Shown here piece by piece: positions 1 to 11,375 of a DNA stretch of 64,000 bases. A model generated the notes under the pieces. The model was not told the DNA's origin. It searched no databases and saw only the letters and a list, made by a program, of their open reading frames with translations. The DNA is from Felis catus (lineage: Eukaryota). The position numbers and the translations under genes were made by a program. The stretch's first letter is position 1. Every line of letters starts with the position of its first letter. The stretch lies in NCBI RefSeq assembly GCF_018350175.1, contig NC_058369.1, positions 152,520,001-152,584,000 of the forward strand, written 5' to 3'.

Positions 1-964
1 AGTTCCAGATTTCTCACTTTTTTCCCCCTGTGTCATACCAAAATGGTTGCAGTCTTCCTTCAGAAACAATCCCTCTTCACTGAACCCTAGGCTTCTAAGA
101 ATCTTACTCTCTTTACTTGGTAAAAATGTTTGTGAGACTACATGGTAACACAGCCATTCTCCCTATTCAATTAGGATCTTGGATAGGATTGGAAACCCGC
201 CTAATCATGAATTGCAGCAAATTCGCATAACCCCTGAGGTGGGGTGACTGTCCTGAGGCGTGAAAGACTGTGTCCGTTAATCTCTTCCTGCAAGGAAGTA
301 AGACAGGGAGAAAAGGCTCCCCAGACATAAATGTGCCAACACTGTCGCAAAACTCCAACAGTCACCCTCCTTTCTGGCCGTGATGAGACCCCAGAAGAAA
401 GCACACCTACCACTCTCATCTATGAACAAATGCTGCATTGTTTGCCCAGAGACTCTGAAACCACAACCTTGAGCAGCTCCACGTTGGCCAACACAACCAC
501 CTGGCTATGCTACACAGAGCACACCTCCAGAGGCTCAGGACTGGAGACAAACGAATGAGCGTCATCACAGCAAGTGGAACCGTTCACACAAATGAAGAAC
601 GTATACACCACTTCCAATCTGCTCATGATCTCTCTCATGCATGTCTTCGTGACGTGCAAACACAGGAACACCTAGTACACCCCGGACTGCAGTAAAGCAA
701 ACACTGGTGAGGTTCAAAGTATTTATAGACACACGTGCCAGGTCTCAGTGTGGCTCAGGAGCTACAGAAACGGGAAGCGAAGCTCCACCGGGAGCTTGGG
801 GGTGGGACAAGTCAGCAAAGTGACTAAAGGTGGGAGCACAGGTTGGCACAGGGGACAGGAGAAGCACCAAGGAAAAGAGAACCGTTGCCACTGTTGAGAC
901 AGCCAGTAATCCCTCCCAGCCATCACAGGGGCGCGCAGGGAGAGAAAGGAGAGAGAGCCCTTAC

Positions 965-1087
965 TGTAGCACGCGGGAGTGGCTGAGGTCCCTCAAATCT
1001 GAGTCTTCATAATGCGGAGTTATCATTCCCAGCCCGCTGTCGCTCAGCATGCGTTTCCGAAGGGCAGGGTTCCACCAGTCTGCCACT
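965..1087 (-). CDS. DGKI: DGKI internal exon, 123 nt, phase 2-2: VADWWNPALRKRMLSDSGLGMITPHYEDSDLRDLSHSRVL(Q)
   Basis: Acceptor cccttcttccccccag|AGTGG, donor CTACA|gtaagg; open in the frame set by the previous exon; CpG-rich as expected for coding DNA. Confidence 0.93.
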
Positions 1088-1993
1088 CTGGGGGGAAGAA
1101 GGGCACCAGGTATTTAGGCACTCAAACTCAAACTCAGCCACAGGATTCGCTCTGCTCTTCCTCAAGAGGATTCTCCTCTCAACAGGAGATGGGAGAGGCC
1201 TCTTGATTGGGTATTTACTAGTTACTTCTTCACATCTATTATTTCATTTTCTCAACCGTCTTGAACTATTCTGTATGTTTCTGCCCTCTTTACAGACGAG
1301 AAAATTGCATTTCAAGAATAAGGAATTTTAAATGTGACGTCAAGGAAGAAAAAATAGAGCCTGATGTAGAAATGCAAATTAGGAAAGAACAAAGCCCACC
1401 CTGTTTCACGGCTTTCCTGTCCTAGTTCATTTCCGGAGGGGCAACACTGATTCAACTTCTGGTGGATTTTCAGGCTCCTTTGTTTTTGGAGGTAAGGCTA
1501 ACAGAGAGGCCCAGCCGAGGACTAGGCCATTTCTTTCGGCCGTTATCTGACATTGAGAGAATGACTGAGAAGGCCAAGACCGGGGTGGGCATGGCAGGAT
1601 TGGTTCACTCTACCAGACTGAAGACTGTGGCCTAGATCAGGACGGGTGGATGAGAGGACACCTAGACTGTAGTGCCCACTGCTACTGCACAAGGACCCAG
1701 CATCTCCTCACTCGCTTTCCCCACAGCTGACAGGCTGGATTTACAGTACAGGCACCGTGGAGATGGGCATCTCTAGCCCCTTGGGGGACACCCAGGGACG
1801 TGTATCTGATACCACTGGCTCTGGCTTCCTAACACGGCTGTACACCTGCCCTCTCCTGCCACTTCTGTCTTCTCTTGACTTGATACATCCCACTGGTATC
1901 AGCTGCCCCTGGCAGAGTGGACGATACTCAGAAATAACAGCAACGGTCAAATGAATTAGTGCAGGGGAGTAACTTGTCTGCTTATTAAGCATC

Positions 1994-1994
<1 letters not shown>

Positions 1995-2036
<42 letters not shown>
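1995..2036. repeat. (TG)21 microsatellite
   Basis: Perfect dinucleotide run read directly. Confidence 0.98.
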
Positions 2037-2039
<3 letters not shown>

Positions 2040-2329
2040 AACATGCAAATGCTATTTGAGTGCGTGTGTGTGTGCTTTCCAGGGAAATTCTTATTTTAAC
2101 TATTTGGCCTCCATGTACCAGCACGTTGTTGAAGTTCATTCTTTGCAAGGGCAGAGATTTTTCAAATTTTTATTTCTGCTCTGTTGTTTCCTACGTGCTT
2201 CTACTAGTACTGGCACATAAAGAGCTCTATAAACAAATATTTTGGAATTGCTGAAGTACGCTAGAAATATTAACAATATCTTGGTGGTTCCATGTATGCA
2301 TGTTAGCAATAAAACCTGTGACCGAATCT

Positions 2330-2615
2330 CAATTTTGCCATTTATTTTCTGTGCAATACTGGCAAAGTTACAAAAACCCTCTAAGCCTCAATTTTGTTAT
2401 CTAAGGGTTTAGGATAATAACAGTACCAGATCTGCAGGGCATTGTGGCATGATGGTGATGATGACGATTATTTCAATAACATCATATTTAATGAGCGTCT
2501 ACCAAGTTTCAAGAACCATCCTCAATACTTCACATGTATCAACTTATTTAATTTTCAAACAATTCTATGAGCAGGTTTTATTTCCATTTTACAGATCAGG
2601 AAATAAGCACAGAGT
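2330..2615. mobile_element. MIR fragments
   Basis: MIR-core-like motifs: ctctaagcctcaatttt...ataataacagtacc and tttccattttacagatcaggaaa. Confidence 0.6.
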
Positions 2616-3144
2616 CCTTCTGATGATTAGGTCACTATAAAGTGGTGGTAGGGATTTAAGAAAGGCATTGAGGACAGCATGTGGCTCATAGTAAGTGCCT
2701 CATGTATCATAGCTATTGTTATACAATCGACAGGTCTCAGGCTGCCTGGATATAGCCCAAAAAAGGGGGGAGGAGGAAGAGGCGGAGGAGAAAAATAACC
2801 GTCAAACCACCTGCGCCCGTTTTCATTTGGATCATACAAGCATTATAGATGTACGCACATAAATGCAAATACTAGTATTTCATAGTTTGTTAAAAAGTAT
2901 GCGTGTGGTGAATAAAGAAGGCTCAAATGTGGTGCAAATTGTGGTGGGCAAGGGTAGTTCTACACAGCTATGCACAATACAGACCAGCCATGGAACACTC
3001 TAATGAAACCCAACAAGAAAACCTCTATTTTAAAATAGTTTGAGGTCATTAGATATGTCAAGTGCAAAGCCAAGTCAGACACGGATGCCATCCTGTGGCC
3101 AGCCTCCCCTCACCACCACATCGCCAAAGAAGCAGCACACTCAC

Positions 3145-3272
3145 CCTGAGGCTTGCTCCACCACCAGGTCAGGCATTCCGGGAGGTGTCCCTGCCTGCTG
3201 TGACAATACCATATCGGGGTCCAGAATAAAAATCTCATCTTGGGAAATCTCCATCACAAAGTGCAAATGTTC
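3145..3272 (-). CDS. DGKI: DGKI internal exon, 128 nt, phase 0-2: EHLHFVMEISQDEIFILDPDMVLSQQAGTPPGMPDLVVEQAS(G)
   Basis: Acceptor tcttttttcttgcctaag|GAACAT (AAG type), donor CAGG|gtgagt; EHL...QDEIxILD is conserved with DGKZ. Confidence 0.96.
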
Positions 3273-4192
3273 CTTAGGCAAGAAAAAAGAAGTCTGTCAG
3301 ATGATGGACAGGACACTCAAACCTGTCGTCTGATAAGTAACAGAACAAAGCATTCTTGGTCTTGAGGATATAATGGAAGTCTATGACATATCAAACGACC
3401 ACACTGTGTTTTCAGAGGTCCAATCAGCGGACATCCGTCCCTGAAGCAACACTGTAGCAAGAGGCTGGTGAGGGGAAGAGCTGAATCCCTCTTGGTTTGG
3501 GGTTCCTACTTGACCAGGATCCCGTCAGGTACCACCAAGGATGGTCTTGCCTCTTCTTCCCAAATATCATCAAAGAAGCAACCCCCCACATGCAGCTTGG
3601 TCCAGCATGAGTTGTGCAATAAGCTGAACCTGGATCCCCAGGACCTGGCCAAAGCCAAGTGGCATGATTAACAACTGATTGTATCACTGGATTCCATACC
3701 GTATTTTCTTCTTCTTCTTTTATTTTTTCAGGAGAATTTGGACAGTGGGAACACTAATTATCATTGGGCACAAGCATTGTTTTGTCTCATTATGGAACTC
3801 TGGGAATTGATGAGCTCCAAGTAGGTAGCATGAACATACACTTGAGGTGTCAAGCTTGCTAACTAAAATAAATTTAAAATGCCATAAAATTGGGCTAGGA
3901 AGTAGTAAAAGTAGCTGTGTGAGAGAAAATTTGGAGTGCAGGCTGGTGATAATACCTACAAGCCTAGTTATTTTCTGTACTCATTCGCAAGGTCAAGCAA
4001 CATCATCTTGAGTCCACAAATCACAAAAAGTGTGAAGACAAATAAAAAGCTCATAGCTCAGTCCATGAGTACCATTCCAGGATTTGTAAATGTTTTAGTG
4101 TTTACATTATAAAAAATTCTAAGATTAGCCACCAATAAAATATATTTATGTGGGAGTTTTTCGCTTTCACAGATAGGCTCAAGAAAGCTTAC

Positions 4193-4233
4193 CTGAGATC
4201 TGTCTATTCGGTAAAAGCGATCAGCAGAAGTTG
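4193..4233 (-). CDS. DGKI: DGKI internal exon, 41 nt, phase 1-0: (A)TSADRFYRIDRSQ
   Basis: Acceptor poly(T)-ctag|CAACT, donor CAG|gtaagc; RFYRIDR is typical of type IV DGKs; lies within ORF 4058..4261. Confidence 0.96.
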
Positions 4234-4439
4234 CTAGAAAAAAAAAAAATGTACACAGCATTCAGAGTCCTGTGACCTGGCATCAGATGTACAACCTTCT
4301 CTGCCATTATGCCACTCAAAAGCTTTATATTCCAACCATGCCGGACCACCAGCCAGTTCCTAAATCAATTTAGAAAAACAGGATTTCCATGTCTCTGCTA
4401 CTGCTATGCCCTTCCCCCGTTCCGTCTCCTCCCCTCTTC

Positions 4440-4725
4440 CCCCACCGCTAATCTTACTTGTCTCTTAAGGACCAACTTCTGTGCTGCCTCCTCTGTGAAA
4501 CATTCCTCAATCCCATCCTCCCTACCCCAGACAGAATTCTTTGTTCCTGCCTTTATGCGTATTTACATTGTGTTTATACTTCTTACAGAAACTATCTATC
4601 TTCACAAATAACTATGAGATATCTGCCTCTTTAAAGGTCTGTGTTTCATTGACTTTTTTATGTCTCCAGACATTAGCACAAGACCTTAAACAGAGCTGAG
4701 ACTTGGTACGTATTTATTAAGTAAA
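4440..4725 (+). mobile_element. L2 3' fragment
   Basis: Pyrimidine-rich body ending ...cattagcacaagacct...tatttattaagtaaatgaa, resembling an L2 tail. Confidence 0.5.
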
Positions 4726-6305
4726 TGAAGTTAGGGGGGAAAAATGTTCAGTAGCCAGACTTTCCAAGGAAGCGGTTCTCATTTTGAAAAAAATCTTGAA
4801 GGTGCTGAGCCAGGGACCACATCTGGTATTAAAGGATTCATTTCACTTCAAGACCCAGTCCCCTAAGCCATGTCTAAAGAAAGCCAAAACAGTAAAAATA
4901 ATTATTTAACCATTCCTAAAAGGGACTGGGCTGCATCTGTGGTTTGAGGGAAAAACTTGCAAACTTTGGGTTTCTAGAAACTATTCTGATTATTCTTAAT
5001 ACTCCGAAGAATTATGTTCCTCCTCACCGAAATCTATCTAACAGATTCTATATATTATAAATAGATTTTCTACAAAGTACATAGTACTCAAGGGAATAAC
5101 TCAAAATGCAAATAACCATTCAAAAATCATAAATATTTAATGAGTAGCTTCTCTCCAAAGGAAATGAGCTAAGAAACAAGATAATCATGGTTGCTGCCCC
5201 TTAAAAGCAACAGGGGAGTAAAATCTATCTGAGAAAGACTTGCTTTACTTTGTTCTTTGTAACCATGAATGCGATCACTTTTTAAAGGATTTTTATCTAT
5301 GGAATTTAACTAATATCTGGGTTAACACTACCACCCACACTTATAATTTCATCTAAGAACGTATATGGAATAGACTGGATATAGAACAATTCACAGACAT
5401 TTTCAAAAATTTTCTCAAATATAAGTTGTTTGTAGATTCAGGAAAAACAAATGATTGTGCTTCTCATCACAAGGGAATAAAGGAGCTGGAGGAGAAGTAG
5501 AAATTATCTTCAGAGGCAGCTGACAAGCTATTAATGAAAACCTATGTCATGTTTCACACGGGTTAGATCACTCACACACCCTGTCACACTCTTGTCCACA
5601 TTTATATCCTCTCTGATGCATATACAGATCAACTAAAGAAATGTCTACAGTGAAAAACACATGTCCACACAGACAAGAGAGATACTGGGTAGTAGATACG
5701 CTGTAAGCAGGAAGTGTACTGTTATACGGGTAACTGGGTAGAAAAGCAGAGTTAAGCAGCATCTAGGGAGTAAGTGATACTTGCGATGTAAAATGGACCC
5801 ATTAACTGATCGGAAAATAACGAAAATACTATGCATCCAATAGGTCATGCTCAGAGGCACAGATCTGAATGCAACAGAGAATTTCTACATTTTTGTAAAA
5901 ATGTATACATCTTACTGAAATGATGGCTAGTGAAAATATATGGAAGTTCCACCATAAGCAAACAACAGAGGAATTAGTACCTATGTACTAGATCCATCTA
6001 CTGGTCTGAATTTAAGATAAGCATTCAACATGTTTTTGGAAAAAGGCGGGGGAGGGGGGCGCACTGAGAGGGAAATTTGGTGCTGTGAAGTTCAGCCCAA
6101 GCTCACCAATTTTCTTTGAGAAAAAATGACTTCAGGAAAGTGTGTGGCAACACATCGTTTGGGATGCAAATGCCAACCCTGTAGGGCCACGTGAAGGGTT
6201 TCTGAATAATCCCTTGGAAAACTAGGGCCCATCCACTCCATCTATCAACGCATTGTCCTGCTGCTTCCACCATCCCACCACTCCAGGAAATACAGAAACA
6301 CTCAC

Positions 6306-6375
6306 CATCTAGAAAGCACCACCGCGGGGAAAGTCTCTGGGCTGAGAGCGCCCTGGGAAAGGAGGTTTCGTGGTC
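6306..6375 (-). CDS. DGKI: DGKI internal exon, 70 nt, phase 0-1: DHETSFPRALSAQRLSPRWCFLD
   Basis: Acceptor tgtgtctctttccag|GACCAC, donor GATG|gtgagt; the LSPxWCFLD motif is shared with DGKZ; lies within ORF 6103..6435. Confidence 0.96.
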
Positions 6376-6592
6376 CTGGAAAGAGACACATATATCCTCC
6401 TGACTCCATATGAATAACCTGAGGGATTTAACCACTGTATCATATCAACTACTTGGAGGAGTGAGCATCCTGTCCTAAACCAAATACTGGTGAGAGACCA
6501 AATCATATTTTTACTAGAAAGAGAGGCTCTGCTTTGAAATAAATTACTTCAATAGAACCTTTAAAACAACTCTCACATTAAACATCCAGGAA

Positions 6593-6808
6593 GGGGCGCC
6601 TGGGTGGCTCAGTCGGTTAAGCATCCGACTTCAGCTCAGGTCATGATCTCACGGTTCGTGGGTTCGAGCCCCGCGTCAGGCTCTGTGCTAGCAGCTCGGA
6701 GCCTGGAGCCTGCTTTGGATTCTGTGTGTGTCTCTCTCTCTGCCTCTCCCCCACTCGTGTTCTGTCTCTGTCTCTCTCTCAAAAATAAACATCAAAACCA
6801 TTTTAAAA
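6593..6808 (+). mobile_element. SINEC_Fc (CAN-SINE)
   Basis: ggggcgcctgggtggctcagtcggttaag head (tRNA-derived A/B boxes), CT-rich region, aaaaataaa tail. Confidence 0.95.
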
Positions 6809-8294
6809 ACCATGCAAGAAGTTTTCAACTGTTCTGTTAAGCATCCGTAAGTGATATAACTGGGGACATTTACCTCCTTTAGGGAATTTCCTTCCCTTTG
6901 TGAAACTGAGGAACTAGCGGCAGCTGGCTGCCATTTACACTTGGGTTACGCGTGTAACAAAATGGGAAAGAATTGAGCCTCATCTCCTGGTGAGAATGGA
7001 CTTATAGCATCTAAGAAACACAAGAGGCCATCCATATGCAGTATTGAATCTCCTTGTAACTAGAGTAGCATCTCTAACACAGGACAATTTGTCTGCATGA
7101 AAGCAAAGAAAATCAATGCATATGTTGAGGCCATTATTACCTCAGCCTTATCCCACTGAACCTGCAGAGTAGTGGACAAGGAGGAAAAAAGTTTTACCAG
7201 GCTGGCTGATGACAATATCATCTGTCCAACACTGACTTAGCCAACGACATACTCATCCACCTTGGCATTCTCTAGCTTTCTCGCTTTCTCAGATGCCTGG
7301 TCCTCCCTCCCTCTCATGTGTGATCTCAAGGCCATCTGAGAACCATATTCTTCCCTCTAGGCTTAGACAAAAAGATTTTTTTTCCTGTTCAAAGCTAACC
7401 ACTTCATCTACTCTCCAGATTACCTTCTTCTTTCCTTTCGAACTTAGTTCTGTATTCTTAATGAAACCCTCTCCGCTACCCAGAAATTCACTAACTTTTC
7501 TGCTTTCAATGGTTCCCCCTCTCCAAAACAAATTCCTTTAAATGATCCTGTTATAGCTTTTGAAAATTAATCTTTCCTTCCTTGCCCTGCCAAACTCCTG
7601 ACTCAGGCTTTTACTAACTCCTGCCTCCAGCTACCTCTTAACCATTTTGGCCCAATCTCTAGAAGGCTAGCTTCTGATGAGACGTTCTTTGAAAGCTGCC
7701 CTTCCAAGAGATCACCAGGGCTAGCATCCTTCCTGATTTAATACTACTGTCAGTTCCCAAGCTTCTGAATATCTCTGAAGCTTTTATTTCTTACAAGGAA
7801 TTAAGGCCACATCACAGAGGAACAGACTAGGGAACTGGCAGATTGAAAGCAGAAGGGATTATCTCTTTATGATTCCAAACTTTCAAACACTAACAATCTC
7901 CCCTAAGAGAAACTCTTGTCAATGATAATTTAAAAATAAAAAGCACATTCTAGTTTACAATACATGATTCGGAGCATTCTATCCCTGGCTCATCATGAAA
8001 TTGAAATCACTGACAGAAATAGGACAAATGAGGAGGGAGGCTAGATCTCTGTGGAGAAGGCATTGGGAGTTTGACCCACATTAGGATTTGAGATGCTCCA
8101 ATATAGGGAGCATCCCTGGGGTGCAGCTGGGTGTGGATGATCTGGTGTGCACTGAGCGGGGCAGGAGAAGGAAATGGGGATAATGTAAGAGGGACAATAA
8201 GAGAACCAATCGGAGGTTGCATTGATTTCCCTGGGGTTTTGACCAACAGTCCCTGAGGCCTCACTTGATCCTCAGGCAAAGCCTGTGCTTGGAT

Positions 8295-8454
8295 CAGCGG
8301 TTCTCAAAGTGTGAACTGTGGAACAGCAGCAGCCACTGGAAACCTGTTAGAAATACAAATTCCCTGGCACCACCTAGAGTTACAGAAACTCTGGGAGTGG
8401 AAGCCAGCAATCTTTCAGGTGAAACTGATACACGCTAAAGGTTTAAAAGCACAG
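8295..8454. mobile_element. MER5A-like hAT-Charlie element
   Basis: cagcggttctcaaagtgtg...gttagaaatacaaattc...agaaactctgggagtgg...ccagcaatct matches MER5A as I recall it. Confidence 0.75.
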
Positions 8455-9041
8455 GCCTAACCAGAGGGATCCATTTTATTATTAGAAACCTTGGGTATAT
8501 GGAATTTTTAATAAGAATGGATTCTGCAAATTAAATTAATAACTTGATAAAGAAAACACTGGTCTCAGGTGTAATACCAAAATTTATATGTATGTATATA
8601 GAATTGATACAGCTATAAATATATATCGATATGGATATATATGGAGCTGTGGATACAGAGATATTTATCTCTTTTCTGAACTGGCTTTGCTGATTGCCCC
8701 AAATGAAATCTTGACACGTGCTCAGTACCTATTTGTGCGACAATTGTGTGTAGCATTTTGAGAATTACATTTTGACACATGTGATATATTGCTTGACAGA
8801 AACTTAAAGTTCTTAATATATTTTTATAGAACATGTAAGGTTACCAACATGTCAGTTTGGTGTGACATGTAATGAGCCAAGAAATTTAAATGTGGCTTGA
8901 AATATTTAGTGACAACTATGAAAGCTACTAGGCAAAGATATTAAACAGAAGCATGGCTGTTTTCGCTAGAGATAAACATGGCTTAGACACCAAGGACAGT
9001 TTCTGAAACTGGATGTCAAATGTGCTTGCTACAGGGAGAGC

Positions 9042-9042
<1 letters not shown>

Positions 9043-9084
<42 letters not shown>
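9043..9084. repeat. (AC)21 microsatellite
   Basis: Perfect dinucleotide run. Confidence 0.98.
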
Positions 9085-9089
<5 letters not shown>

Positions 9090-10419
9090 CATTTCCCTCG
9101 GGAAAAATGTACTCTGAAAGAACACAGAAATGCTGGATTTATCATGTTAAAAACCTAAAGATGGATAGTGTTATTGCTGGAGTATTCTAATTGGAGAATA
9201 TTGTATATTATTTAGTCTAGGTTAATAAAATGCAGACTGATATATTGCCTCAGCCACGTGACCAGCTTCCCACACGCAGGTGAAGCAATATGGGTATAGC
9301 TGTGCACCTTTTTAGGTAGGAATGTCTGTGTGTTGGGAGTTTTATACAGGTGCTTGACTATTTATTTTATGTATTTTCTGTTCATTTCTTTTCTCTACGC
9401 CTTGATTCACAAGCATTTGCTACAACTCAAATCCCTTAAGGAAGTGTCATTTAAAGAGAATGTTACCAGTTTGCCCTGTGAAAACACATTGGCTGCCAGA
9501 GGACAGAGATCTTTCAAATATTTTAAATAGGTTCAAATGGCTCTTCAAGTAAATTCAACAATCCTTAACTCCCTGAAATTTTATGCTAAATTCAGTGTGT
9601 CTGTGTGTATGTGCATTTTTCACTGCTTTCTACAGATTATCAAAGTGACCTGGAATCCCAAAATCTCACGGAAAAAAATGTCATTGAACAATAATTGGAT
9701 ACTTTCCTGGTTACCTGCATATTAAACAGCAGCCTTTCTTAGAAGGTGGTTAGAGGAGTGCAGGAAAGCCCTGACTTCTCTGACATAGCTCCCCTGAACT
9801 AGGTTTGCATCCTCTCCCTCCTTTTATAAAGCTCTTTCAACCTTGCTCGAAAAAAAAAAATCATGAGCTCTTAAAGAGACGATTATTAATATAATGAGGT
9901 CCTATGTTAAAAGGCATTTGAATTCCAAAGTAAAAATGCAATTACTATCTACCTCATTCTGGGAAGGATTTATAATGCAATGCAATTAAACTCTTATTTC
10001 AAAATTTAACGTGTCTAAAAGATACATAAAAGCCATCAAGTCTCAACAAAAATTTCCCCTTGGATCTAATGTAGTCCACATGTATAGATACATACAGATG
10101 AAAGGTCTCACTTGCATCACAACCCTAAAAGTTGGAAATTACTTGAAATCAGTGTTAAAATGATGTTTCGATGTGGCAGATTGAACAAAATTAAAGCACA
10201 CCCACAAAATATACCAATAATCTATAAAATAAGGAACAAAGAAATCCAGCCACTCAGCATAACTGAGCACTAGGACATCTAAAAGACCGGAGGGAAACAG
10301 GAGGTAAAGAGCAGGCTAGGGACAGGAAATCTGGTGGTGGCTGAGGTTGTTGTATTCCACTCGAGTTGAAAAACTGGGCAAAAAGCTACTTTTAGTGAGA
10401 AGTCTGCTTTGGGAAACTG

Positions 10420-10628
10420 ATCTTGTGTGTACGTATGTGTTCTGATACGAGTTTATTTGTGGACACTGAAATTTAATTTATGTTCATTTGTATGAATCAT
10501 AAAATATTCTTTTGGGTTTTTTCCAGGCATTTAAATGTCTAAAAGCCATTCTTAATTCACAGGCTACAAAAGAAAAAACAGGCAGTAGGCTGGATTTGGT
10601 ACTTGAGGGGTAGTTTTTCAGACCTGGG
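10420..10628. mobile_element. MER58B-like hAT-Charlie fragment
   Basis: tttatttgtggacactgaaattt...aaaacaggcagtaggctggatttgg...gtagttt...gacctg. Confidence 0.65.
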
Positions 10629-10839
10629 GTTTCCATCATTACAAGACTGTTTGTTGTGTGATTACATTACATTTAGATTTAATGGAAATTGTCTTCCCCA
10701 ACAGGTCCATTTTTATCTGACCTTGTGAATTATGTCAATGATGTCAAAATTTTGTAAGTGGAACTCAGGAGGGAGAGGTACCTTGAGTAAGGAAACTCCT
10801 TATGTTGAATCTCATCCTAGAGACTCTTAGGATTCTTAG

Positions 10840-10894
10840 ATCTCTAGACTACTCTAGAGATTGAGTAGTCTCAATCCCTAGACTACTAGGGATT
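10840..10894. repeat. Chain of three perfect overlapping inverted repeats (9, 7 and 9 bp stems, 4-nt loops)
   Basis: atctctaga-ctac-tctagagat; gattgag-tagt-ctcaatc; aatccctag-acta-ctagggatt; checked base by base. Confidence 0.9.
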
Positions 10895-11159
10895 TTTCAC
10901 TGGCCACCCTTGAGTAATAAAATCCTAAAGACAGCAGTAAAGATAATCACACTATAAATTCTTAATATCGAAAAGTTAAGTCAATAGGCATAGTGGTGGG
11001 GTCGAAAACTCATTTTTGTAGGATGACATCATCAGACTAAGAAATGAGACAACGAAAGTGTTTCTGCCCTTGAGGTGTTTAGGAAAGGTAGATGTAAGAT
11101 TGAGAAGCAATTAATAGTATAATCAATGGCCCAGGATCCAGCCTCAAATAGCAAGCCCA

Positions 11160-11375
11160 GAGGCAGTGGAATTCTGGTGGCCAAGAGCACCAGCCTGTGC
11201 ACATGACAATCCTGGACTTTACCGCCTACTAACTATGAGATTTCCTATCTATTTATTCTGTATCTTGGATACCTCATTTGTAAAATGGCTACCCGAGTAT
11301 ATACTGTAAAAAGTTCTTCTAAGAAACAGATGAAAGGATATGTAAAATGCTTAACCCACTGGCCGGCACATGTTG
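11160..11375 (+). mobile_element. MIR
   Basis: aggcagtggaattctggtggccaagagc...cctcatttgtaaaatgg...atatgtaaaatgctta...ggcaca. Confidence 0.65.

Noticed and set aside
1741-2220. 135-aa and 74-aa ORFs with HT/VC repeats
   Set aside because: Produced by the (TG)n microsatellite.
6593-6670. tRNA-like A/B boxes (tggctcagtcgg...ggttcgagccc), here and at each SINE head
   Set aside because: These are the tRNA-derived heads of CAN-SINEs, followed by a CT tract and A tail; not tRNA genes.
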